Positions 52,991 to 64,000 of a stretch of DNA of 64,000 nucleotides are shown here, one piece after another. Numbering within the stretch: the first letter of the stretch is position 1; the number at the start of each line of letters is the position of its first letter. Source of the stretch: Sphagnum compactum (Eukaryota); assembly GCA_965153455.1 (NCBI GenBank), contig OZ234494.1, positions 9,424,001 through 9,488,000 on the forward strand, in the 5' to 3' direction. Under the pieces are notes generated by a model. That model worked only from the letters and a program-made list of their open reading frames with translations, was not told where the DNA came from and made no database searches. The position numbers and the translations under genes are program-made.

Positions 52991-54920
52991 TTAAAACCTT
53001 TCCTTATTTGAAAATAAGATTTCATTCCCATTTGGTAGGCAAGAATGACTAGTATGCTTGACCATTGTCAATTCCTTGGATAGCTTATCCCAAGTAAAAG
53101 CATTTTTGACTACCATTGTCAGTTTGTTCAATGATGGGTGGGTAGTGTAGAACTCACCAAAAAGTGGGCAACCACACTGGAAGAGTGTGTCCACAATCCC
53201 ACTAATCATGTGCAAACCAAGGTTGGGCATTTGGGCAGGTTTTAGGTTAGGTTTTGGGATGTCCCCACATACCCTACACATGTAAGCACAGGGACATGGC
53301 CAAAAAAAGCATGCTTAGATCAGCATACCCAAGAGGAGGAGGAGGAGGAGGAGGAGGAGGATTTTAATCAACAATTTTCTACATACTTACAACAAGAGTT
53401 TGGAGCCAGAACTACTAACTTGAGGTCACAATAACATCTGGAAAAATACTTGAAGGCCGATTTTACAGTCAGATCAAGCATGATGATGGCACAATGCGCA
53501 CCAATTCTGGATCAAGATAAAACCAATGAAAAACAGTTAGAAAGTAAGTTGGATCCAGATCATGAATCCAGCAAGCATCAGCATTACATAAGCACGAAAA
53601 TGAGGAGAAATCGATCAGCAAAGAAAAGAGAAAACCATAGCACAAGACAGGATTGCGGAAGTGGTTTGAATGACAGCTAATGAATATATGCACATGTGCA
53701 GGGGCTTTCAAACATCATTCAAAACATGTATCACATTGAGCACCTATATAAAACTGTGGGGGGGAAAAACAAACAAAACTTACAAGTATCCATCCCGAAG
53801 ACCTCTGGGATTCTCTTGGCCAGAGTTTGTGTGCCAGCAGTCAAACTGGATGCGGCCTGAGTTGGTAGAGAAGTGAAGAGTATGAACTTCCACGGCAGTA
53901 GTGGCTGCAATATAATAATGTGGAGGAACCTCTGCAACAAAACCATTGCTCCTAATTACCATCTACCTACAAGATGTTCCATCAAAGCAAAAGGGAGAGA
54001 AGGTAATGGAGCAATGCTTCAACACAAACCATGCAAATCCACATTCTTTTGAAGCAAAAATGGTACTATTCAGCAAAGCCATAATTTCTAGATTGTTTTG
54101 GCAATATACAAAGGTGAGCTCATACATTGCTCATAGATATTTCTGTACAAATAGAAATGAAACGTTTTGATACTTACCATGACATAAATTCTTATTGAAT
54201 TCAGCACTCGAACAGGCACTCAAATGACTTTTCAGAAACCCACCTGCAACAAGATCAAGAGAAACATCCATTCTTAAAACTATATCCAATACCTCCAGGG
54301 AGCCTTGAAGGTTTACAGATTTTCCTCTACATCTGATAAAGTATGTACATTTTCCGCTACATTTTTATTGAAGCTGTATATACACGAACAGCTTCAAAGA
54401 CAGAACTTATTCACGGAAATTATTCACGAACTGCTTCAAAGACAGAAATTATGTAATCTGAGAAGATCTTAGTGGTAGAGAAAACGGGCGCCCAACAAAC
54501 GTTAAGCCACATGTACCTGTTGTGCCTGGATCACCGACGATGATGAGCTTGAAGGCTGGTGGAGGGCAATGATCTACAGTTGTGAAAGCCTTCAAAGAAA
54601 CAAAACCAACAAGATTATGCAGCATCGCAGGAGTTAGAGGAAAGATCAGTGTCAAAATGTGTATTCGCGGATTTAATAAGACCCAAATTCAAACATTTGT
54701 ATTCTTCTGATGGAAAATTGTAAAAGCTCAAGTACCATACACCTGGCCATCGCGTCAGCAGCAGCAGCAACAGAGCAGCACAGGCAACAGCAGCAAACAA
54801 CAATAGCACTAGCAGCCACAGCAGGGATCTTCCGCCTACTTCTACCTGAAAGAATACGGAAGAGACTATTCCCAGAATAAATGTCAATTGCAACAAGAGA
54901 AGTAGAAGTTTAAGTACCAT
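52991..54920 (-). pseudogene. RAN: Ran-like copy 2: 5'-partial duplicate fused to unrelated sequence
   Basis: Exons (-): ATG at 54920-54918, 54589-54517, 54243-54178, 53904-53784, 53506-53420, then from 53273. Homology to copy 1 stops after VCGDIP (about 53255); the frame stays open to TAA at 52991. Confidence 0.8.
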
Positions 54921-56460
54921 AGTTCCGACGTTCCTCACGTCCGGCGCGGTGACCTCCACGAGATTCTCCTGCCTGCAATAAGAACAACAATAACAACAAC
55001 AAGAATAAGAACAAAAACAACAAGGTTTCGAATTCGATGTTTTTGATCTGTTCAGGATTTGATCGCGAAGTTGGAAGCATAAAAACAAAATAAAAACACT
55101 CACCAGCTGCAACACTCACGACGGCAGGAGCATACAACAACAACAACAGGAGATACAGCTACAGGAGCCCCGCTTTCACCGTCAAATACTCATTCAAACA
55201 ACGCGCAATACAAGCAAATTGCTCCGTAGACAAGCAATGCGGAAGGAGCATTCGTTAGGAGCATTCGTTAGGGAGCATTTGGAGGAAAATTTAAAAATAT
55301 TTTTATTCTCATTTTCTAAATTTAAAGATTTCCCTATGGACTTTTCCTTCTTTTCCTTGCAGCCATTGTACATTCATTCCAAAGCTGTCCAATTAGGATT
55401 TGAGCCCCCACCCCCCCCCCCCCCCCCCCCAAAAGAAGAAGAAGGTTTGGAATTACCTACCCAGGTTTCGAGTTTTGTCAAGCATTGAACAACATACTGT
55501 CGCCGAACTTTGGTTCTTTGTTCTTCCCTCCTTTCCAAACAAGCTCTTTGGCATAACTAAGGATCTCCTAAGCAGAGGTGGCTGTTCTCAACCACACTGA
55601 ACCAACGCCCACCAGTACACCATCCATTGGAAACCCAGTATTATTTTAGTTATGGACAAACCTCAACTGAGTTAATATTTGGTCCAGTAACCAATTCTGT
55701 AAGAAATAGGTCTCATATATAGGTAAATAGGTAAGAAAAATAGGTAACTACTATGTAAATAGATAAACGCTGTTTTTACTACCTACCTACTGAATTAACA
55801 ACCATACTTAGCTAAGGAACTGGAACACAACAGAAAACTGTTTTTCGACCACTTATCATCCATCGTCCAAGGTGACCTGGTAGTTCAGAGTGCTTTTTCT
55901 CTTTCAGTCTTTCGCCAAGAGGTTTGGGGGCGGGGCATAGTGTTGCAATGACATCTTTGTAAGATCATAAAGTGATAGTTTCTCTTTAGAAGAAGTAACC
56001 AAGAAGATATTTGATAGAACATCAGCGCTCTCTTTTGGTACCTCCCATTAACATTCCACTCTAAACCTTTTTTTGTAACTCCCTTTACTGTATTCCATGG
56101 GTGTTTTCATAAGGGTTACACCCTAAACCTTCAGTCACTCTGGGTTATTCACCTTGATTGCAGCCTCAGGTCTCTTCCCTCAAACTTTGTGAGGTTCCCT
56201 CCCCTTAGTTTTATAGTGTTAGAGCTTGGAAAATAGGGGGTGGCTACAGTTTTATTTTTCACCTCCACATTTATGGCATGGAGTGGGGATGTTGTTGCAA
56301 CAGATTTCTTTTCTCTGTTTCTGATTTTTTAATTTTTTTTGTGAATATCATAAAGCTATAGGTTGGTTTTTTTCTTCAATAGAACAAACTCTAGTTAGAA
56401 GCAGCCACTAGCAAGATGCTTTTGGACCACAATGCCAGTTTTTATTCTACACAATAATTT
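53255..56460. repeat. Direct segmental duplication of about 44617-50100 (offset ~8.6 kb over the gene body, shrinking upstream)
   Basis: Co-linear blocks: 44617-46340 vs 53255-55105; 47920-48250 vs 55510-55865; 48700-48910 vs 55980-56187; 49940-50100 vs 56300-56455. Confidence 0.9.
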
Positions 56461-57329
56461 GTTAAAATTATGTCTATTTCAATGGTTACCCCATTGTTTC
56501 CTACCTATTTGCCCTTCTCTATTTGTCCTCCTAAATGCATTTTGGGGCATCTTCAGACCCTGCAGTATGTGACCCTGCAAAAATATTTTTCACATCCTAG
56601 TTTAATTATTTACTTCTTTGGAACCTCACCCATAAAACTTTTACATATTGGTGGCCCCCCAGCAACAGTTGAATGGCAGTTCGAGCAACATTTTTTACAG
56701 TTGCTTGAGCAGCATAATTGGTCGAGCGACGAGATCCTTTAAACCCCAATGAACTTTGATAAAAGTAGCCACCAAAATAGGTGGTGGACTACCACTAACA
56801 AACCATCTGGACCAATCATTATGATGAGCCAATTAGAAATAGTGACCAGACATCAATCTTGTTTTTACAATGGTTGCTGCAGGTGCACGGAGTTGCATCA
56901 CCTTTAACAGCCACCGCAAACTGTAAAATGATGCGAGACAAAACTATATCTTGAACCAAACCGGCATATTTTGACTTTTCTTCATCCAATTTTACTCTCC
57001 AGGATCACATACTGAGCACCATTGGTATGCTCTTAGTACCTTGGTGGCTTTGGCACAAATTAAATTAGTTTTACAAATGAAAAAAATTAATTTTTATTTT
57101 TCTCAAACAATAAAAAAAATGGAAGAAAAATTTGAGGAATCTTTTGGAATATTTGAAAATGTTCTATTTTCCAAATTTAATCTTCAAAATTAATTAATCA
57201 TTTGGCAAACATGTGTTGACACTACCCTTGTACAAAAGGTATGTAACAAAGCCTAAGTCTTTTGTATCAATTAGTTGTCCGCACATTGGTTATTCAATTC
57301 AAAGATACATTTGCACAATATTTTAATTC

Positions 57330-59270
57330 ACACCAATTTGGGGTGATAACATCGGGCGGGTGCAAGACAATTATTCATGGGGTTAAACTTATGTTGAATC
57401 TACATTCAAAGTGGGTGGTATGACAGGCGGATGTTCGAAATGTGTTTAATTCAGTCTTTTGAGCAACCATTTTTTAGGAGTTACAATTTTTTATCGACAC
57501 TTTGGATCAACTTTTATCATTTGTTCGTCAATTTTATGCACGCCCATTTTCATTATATTTTTCAAAGGCTTCTAGGCACAGGGATTTCATTGTCATTTCA
57601 TCCAAATCTAATACATGACAAGGGCATCCTTTGGGAGGAGTGTTGTTTGCACTAGCTCATCTTCGCACTCTCCATCCTATTACAACAACCCACTCTACTT
57701 GTGTTTTTCTTTCATTGGCAGATGATACGCACATAGTTGATCCTACCTCGAATGTGTTACTTTTTTTTACAATTATAAAAGGATTTTGGCACAGACTTTC
57801 AGTGCAGCTGACGAAGTGTGTCACCTAGTCTCCACAAAGGTTAGACCAATCTATATCACTTCCTCCAGATTTTCTTACACTTAAGTCCGGTCTTCGTATT
57901 TTAGGTGCTCTAGTGGGTTCTTTGCCATTCGTGGAATCCTTTGTATTAGAATCACTTCGGGGGACCTTAGCATGATTGTTAACCTTTCTATGCTCGTAGA
58001 TTTTCAAGCAACTTTTGCAATATTTTTCACTTTGTTATGCCCAACGGCTAAGCTACTTACAACGTATTGTATTTCCATCACCATGTATCTTGTAGCATTA
58101 TATCGAATTTGATGTTCGTACCATATTTATGTTAAAAAAGCTATTAGGTTCAGGATCCTTTGGCATCACAGTGAACCATTTGGCTCGTTATCAGGTCACT
58201 CTTCTTACTTCTTCATGGGGGCTAGGCCTTCCCTTAGTGGTTTGACGTGTTGCCCCTACCTTTTTAGGATGTTAGGCTTTGATTACTCATGCACTAATCT
58301 TTCGTTTCCAACAGGATGATCACCCTACTTTCTTGATGTGGTGGCACATGTAAAAACCAATACTTATCCCTTATAGGTCGCACTATGGGATACCCGTGCG
58401 ATGTTACCTGAGGTCATCTGATCACATGTTTTGCTTTTCGAAAGTCTAATAGTGCAATCCTATCTTCAAACGCAATTTTCTTTGATGGACCAATCACACA
58501 AGCAAGAATTTACTTCACTTCTAGCAAATGTTCCTTTAGATGTTGTGCGAGCATGTCTTTGCTCTTGTGTAGGTCCAGTAGCAAGGGCTTGGTCATTAGC
58601 TTGTTCTAGCACCCCTTCATTTCATTTATCCTCTGCCCATCATCTTTCACGATGCTAATGTGATCCTACCATTGATGATTTGGGTATTCATTTGTTACAT
58701 TGCCGATGTGGGAATGAATGCACTACAGCCCATGATACACTATTGTATCATGATACAGCCCATTACAACTATCACATTGGAGATTGGAGCTCACATATAA
58801 AGAGAGGTTTCTCACCTTTTCCCCCCACCACACACAAAGACAAGTGGATATTGTCATCACCAGAAACAATTTTCAAACCTTGATGGATGTTCTTATTACC
58901 AATCCGACTCATACAAATTTGGTGCAACATGCTTTGACAACAACAACACATGCAACGATAGTAATTATTCAAAACAAAGCATGATCCTACATAGAATGAA
59001 TGCCAAGAAATTATTTCATTCCCCTTGCCATAGAGACCTACGGTTGTTTCCTTTTTTATTTCATGTATAACTCGCCATTAGCAAACCTCCTTGATACCTT
59101 TGATGTTTATATTTCATTATAGGCAATGAGTGACGATAACACTATAGTGTGCGCTAACCATTGTGAATCTTCAATGGGCTAACATGTTTAGTCACAGTTC
59201 ATCATTTCTTCCACACATATTGGCTAGTGCACCTCCATCCCTAGCTAATTTGTGGCATAGGATGTCCTTT
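57330..59270 (+). mobile_element. Decayed non-LTR retrotransposon, RT plus restriction-like endonuclease type (CRE/R2-like)
   Basis: RT motif CVFLSLADDTHIV (about 57700); HLLHCRCGNECTTAHDTL zinc knuckle (about 58690); RQVDIVITRNNFQTLMDVLITNPT endonuclease-like motif; FIPLAIETYG (about 59015); many stops. Confidence 0.8.
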
Positions 59271-60693
59271 TATCATTATGTCTTCCACTTCATTATTATT
59301 GTTTGATGGTTTTGGTTTTCCTTTCGTGTGTTTACATTTGCATCGACATGCCTTGTACTTTTTGTGGATGGATTTCCATCCTTGTTTATATATATATATA
59401 TATATAGGTCTTTTTTTGTATTTGAACAAGTAGGTATTTTCATGCATAACAATGCGTAGGTTTTTCTCTTCTTGTCTTCAAGACCCAGGTCCTTAAAATA
59501 TCCTACGATATGTATCTAGTGGTTGTATTAACTAATAACCTCTAACTAGTTCATGAAATGCCCTTGCATATAATGGTGGGAGGTTTTGATGTATTGGCCT
59601 ACATCGGTTATTATGCCAAGTGATGCCCTAATGCCATTGCCGTGCCAAAGGCATAGCACTCAGCTTCACTCAATATGATTTTGGCAATTTGGGTTTTCAA
59701 ATGTTAATTGTCCAAATTTGTAATTGCAACTACATCAACTCAAGAATGGAAACTACTTGAATTAAAGGTCACTTTAGACTCAAGTCCAAGGACCAAAGTT
59801 TAATGAAACCAAGCATTCCTACCGGTCAAGAGCTTTAAATTGGTCACAAGGCCTTTAGACAAGGATATATGACCAAGACAAATCAAATTGTGATTTTAGG
59901 TTACATGGCATCATTTTGGAAGGAAAACCAATTGGTCTGGACTAAAAAAAAAGCTTAAAGGAGAGTTCATGGTTTGGAGAACCAAAATGTAAGCTAAGGT
60001 TCACGGTTGCTCATTATTATTATTTTTGCGTTTTTCATTGTTTTTTTTTACCCTTGTTCAAATTTTGTGAAAATGGAAGACATGCTATGGATTGAGGACA
60101 TTGTTGAGAGCACACCAACTCCATCATTTTTGACCAATTCTAGAGTTGAAATGGCAAATTTTGTGGATCTTCACAAGGTGGTTACTAAAAATGCATTTTC
60201 AACCTTTCCAAATGCATGAAATGGAGGTGAAAACAAAAAATTAAAAAACACCAAGGTAAAGAAAAAAAAGCAAAGATTAACTTAATCCTCTCACATGTCA
60301 ATCACACTTTTTTTATATTGAACTCTTGAATTGGACCTCCGGCCTTTAAACACACTCATTGTACTTTAGAAAAAGGTGTTTCTTTGTAAAATATGAAAAA
60401 GGGTCCAATTCAAGGTCCAATTTGCTTCAAATTGGTGCTTGGACTTTTGGTCTAAAATGGCCCTTGTCTGAAATGACCCTAAGCATAGATGTGAGACATT
60501 CATTTCTGCTTTAACCAATCTTTGGTGCATTTTGAAGTTTTCTTCCAAGAACACCACAAAATCAGACAAATTAAGAAATTTCAAATTGACTACCTATCTT
60601 TCCATCAATCAAACTTGGGCTCGGTGTTGCTATGCACTACTAGTGAAGATGAAATGACAAAAAAAAAAGAGGAGGTTACATTTGAAAACTTTG

Positions 60694-60732
<39 letters not shown>

Positions 60733-60985
60733 TCAAATTGTACAAAATATCGCCCAATTATCATCCATGGGGAGATTTAATCAGCCATCCTTGTTTTTAA
60801 TTCATTGAAATTTTCGAAGCAATTAAGGTGGATAAACATTAAATCTCCTAAGCAAGTGGAAATTAAATCTTTAAATTAGGTATTTAAGGGAGAAGTTTTT
60901 ATTGGAAACTAGTTTAATCTCAAAGAAAAAAAAACATGTTAATCTCTTGAAATAATATCAACATATTCAAATGAAATAACACATA

Positions 60986-61746
60986 CTAGTGGTACCCGTG
61001 ACCTTCAATCACCCGTGGCTACATCACTCCAGCCACCCCGAACGCTCTGTTTGGTCGCCATAATAAATTTTCCCAAAATAACACTCGTGGGTCCCACCCT
61101 AAGGCATTTATATCCCCACAGATAAAAACAATATTGTGACTTAGCGCAATGGTCCCGACCGACGTTGTGCGGGTATTAGAACCAGCCGTGTGTACCCTCA
61201 GGTTATCAGTCCGGGTATTTACTCCCTTACCCGACGGGGGTGAGAAAACCCAAAACCCCGGTTCTGACATTTTGAACCTTGGTTCTCGAAAGTTTTGGAA
61301 ATTTTCGAAAACACGCTCTTCTATATAACTGTCGGTTCTTTCGGTAGTTGGAGGGGGGGGGGGGGGGAGGGGAAGGTTTTTATATCCGCCTCTGGTGCGG
61401 TGGGAGAGGGATGCGATCCGACCGTCATTCCTTCCCTTCGGACGGCTGCGATGCTTTGTGGAGATCAGGTCCTGGTTTGTACACCTGGCCGGTGCGGAAA
61501 CCGTCGTGGTCGTCCGCTGCTTCACCGGCCTCTCCCTCCCCCACCCCCCAAAACCCCCGTCACAGACAGACAGTCAGCTACGGCCGGTTCTGCAATAGTG
61601 TTAAAACATAGAAAATGCTTTTGCAGCATAATCGACCTCGCAGAAACTGTTAACGGGTCGAAACGCCTTATCAGACACAGAAACTGTTAACGGGTCGAAA
61701 CGCCTTATCAGACAGACTGACAGACTTACTGAATTAATATATAAGA
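60986..61746 (-). mobile_element. Non-autonomous Helitron, 761 bp, both termini intact
   Basis: Minus strand: A|TCTTATATATTAATTCAGTAAGTCTGTCAGTCTGTC ... GTGATTGAAGGTCAC hairpin, GGGTACCACTAG|T; inserted in an AT target without TSD; internal 37-bp duplication at 61641-61714. Confidence 0.8.
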
Positions 61747-62783
61747 TTTACATTTGTATGAAATTATATGTAAACATGTGTATGAAATTGAGAAAACACA
61801 GATTCAAAAACAAATTGAAATGACACAAAGATTCCAAAACACATTGAAAAAAATAAAGAGATTTATTTCTCTTTCAACATCTTAGCATCCATAAGGACAT
61901 TTTGAAACATTAAATCTTGTAAAATGTTTATTTTTAAAAAACTCCGGTTTGGAATCGACCTAAATAATCAATGCACTGATCTTTTATAGGTTTTTTGTTT
62001 GACCAAAAAATCAATGCCCTTATATCATTGCTCAACATGAGTACATTTCAGATTTTTTTAATTTTATGTTCAAAAACATAATATGTTTCAATTTGTGATA
62101 ACTAATCTAACAAAGGCATTGATGTAGAAAATATTGTGTGAATTTTTTGTGCATGGCTAAGGTCTTAATATTGTGTCTTTGGGTGTTTGATTTAATTGAC
62201 TAGAAGAAAAACTATTGTTTACAATCAATTTTTGCAACTACAATGAGTACCCAACTACAATGTCCGCATCATATCTAGGCAATTGCAGAGAAATCTCCAA
62301 TGCAACAACACTTTGAAGATACTTGAAGATACCACAACAATTGCACCCACTCCTGTTGGGGTGCTTGTTGACAACCAGGAAAGAGAAACATAAACTCCTC
62401 AATACAGTCACTCTTCCACAAATATCTATATTCTCTCTCAGTAGGGACTCTACCAGTGATCTCAGAAATGGGTTCCACAAAGACTGAAACTACTTTCAAA
62501 TACTCATATTCAAGCAATTCGGTTCTTGCCTCAGTAACAATAGCCCAACACTACTCACCAATAGCAGTCAGATAGAAAACCACTGCATAAAATCACTTCA
62601 TAAACCATTGGATCTCTCCTACTGTGTTTCTTAATGCACAGCCCAAAAGACTGTGTTTTGACATAATTTGCCACTAGTTCTCTTGGAACGCTCATCCATG
62701 TTCCACAAGAGTTGTTCATGTCCATATTATGAGAATGCTGGATTTTAACATTGATCTTCACTTGTTACAGATTCTCACCTGAA

Positions 62784-63945
62784 TCACCGAATGCTGTGGC
62801 CCTCCAGACCCTCATCTGAAATGGACCTGTGATTGTCACGAAATTGGGAACCTTGGTTGCCATTGAACTGTTTCCTGCTTCTGAAGAATGTACCAAGACC
62901 TGTCGGGTTTTGAGGCTGTTCATCTGAAACTTTTGGGAAGGAAGCAGATGACTGGTCTTTGTGACCCAACGAGGGAAGAGTTACAGGTTGCACCACAGGC
63001 TGTGCCCAAAAGTCCACCTTTGACAAGCTCTGGTCCGAAAATTGGTTGCTGTTCCTGGTTACTGATTTGCTTAACTTTTGTGGTGCTCCATTAGCTGGGT
63101 GATTACTGTAGGTAGCAACATGTCCCAAAGCTTCACCTTCAGCCTTAATTTGTTTACCACTGAGCTCTTTTGCCACCCTTTCCTCAAACTTCTGTTGCCC
63201 CTTCAACATCTTTCCAATTCCTGCTGATATCAATGCAAGCTGCTTAGCTTGCTGTTCCTGCAAGGCCAACACCAACAACAGCATCAACCTCAGCACTTTC
63301 TACCTTTCAAAAAGTCAAACTCTAGTACAAAACCTGCAGTAGCAAAGCATGCATATCCAAGAGACTGAGAGTGGCATGTATCTTATGGTAGACAAGTAAT
63401 TAGAGGCATATGTTGCACAAACATAGCAGCCTTTACCTTCCAACATTCACATGCAAAATAATAAATTCGGCACCTTGATCATTGAGTGAAGTGACCCATA
63501 GACATCACTCTCTACTTGATCTATTGACTCTCAACAGTGCTTGTCAACAAATCTCAAGGAATGTGCTCAAACTGGGCACACAAGAGTAAAATATGTTCAT
63601 TACTTGCATTTCTGTGACAATTTCAAGGTCAAGGGAAACCAAACCATGACATTACCTAGCATTCATGAAGAGACTATAACAGACCTAAATCTGCAAAGAG
63701 AAATAGTATCTCAGGTAAGAACAGGACCAAAACACTGCACCTTTGTGATAGAATGTCCAATTTCTGTGCAACAAGTAGAGAGGGTAAGTTGGAACGAAAA
63801 AAAAGAGAGAGATTATAAGGAAAAAAGTATTGACCTGCATTGCCAACAGAACTTGTAAAAATTCCTAAAGCTCAATCTCCAAGACATCCTGGTGTTGAGC
63901 CAGTGCACTTACAACCTCAGATGTCTTTTGTGTCACAACAGCCAT
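62784..63945 (-). CDS. 3' end of an unidentified protein-coding gene (continues beyond the window)
   Basis: Terminal exon 63257-62784 (acceptor ttgcag|GAA; EQQAKQLALISAGIGK...*), and an upstream exon 63945-63835 (MAVVTQKTSEVVSALAQHQDVLEIEL*EFLQVLLAMQ) with an in-frame TAG, or 63945-63913 using a GTAAGT donor. Confidence 0.6.
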
Positions 63946-64000
63946 CTGTGAATCCAAAACAAACCCTTTCCATATGTATGATTTCATGCAGTGAATATGT

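Overview
AT-rich, repeat-dense eukaryotic nuclear DNA from a land plant. Gene style and repeats look bryophyte-like (possibly Sphagnum); this is an inference. Genes with GT-AG introns: (1) a class-3 lipase (+, 7358 to about 10467); (2) a CTL/MBR-type RING-H2 E3 ligase (+, 36384-40470, 934 aa); (3) a strongly divergent Ran-GTPase-like gene (-, 46157-43926) that splices in frame across 8 exons but has altered G1, G3, G4 and G5 nucleotide-binding motifs and a stop just before its acidic tail; (4) a 5'-partial duplicate of that gene (-, 54920-52991) with a chimeric C-terminus and an extra hydrophobic candidate exon; (5) the last two exons of an unidentified gene at the right edge. A 204-bp x ~6 tandem array sits in the 5' region of Ran-like copy 1. 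Intergenic DNA holds decayed Pogo, hAT, PIF/Harbinger and non-LTR retrotransposons, non-autonomous Helitrons, a mini-CACTA, solo-LTR-like elements, MITEs, minisatellites and a perfect 108-bp foldback. The best novelty candidate is the duplicated pseudo-GTPase Ran locus. All exon models were derived by eye and have no transcript support.
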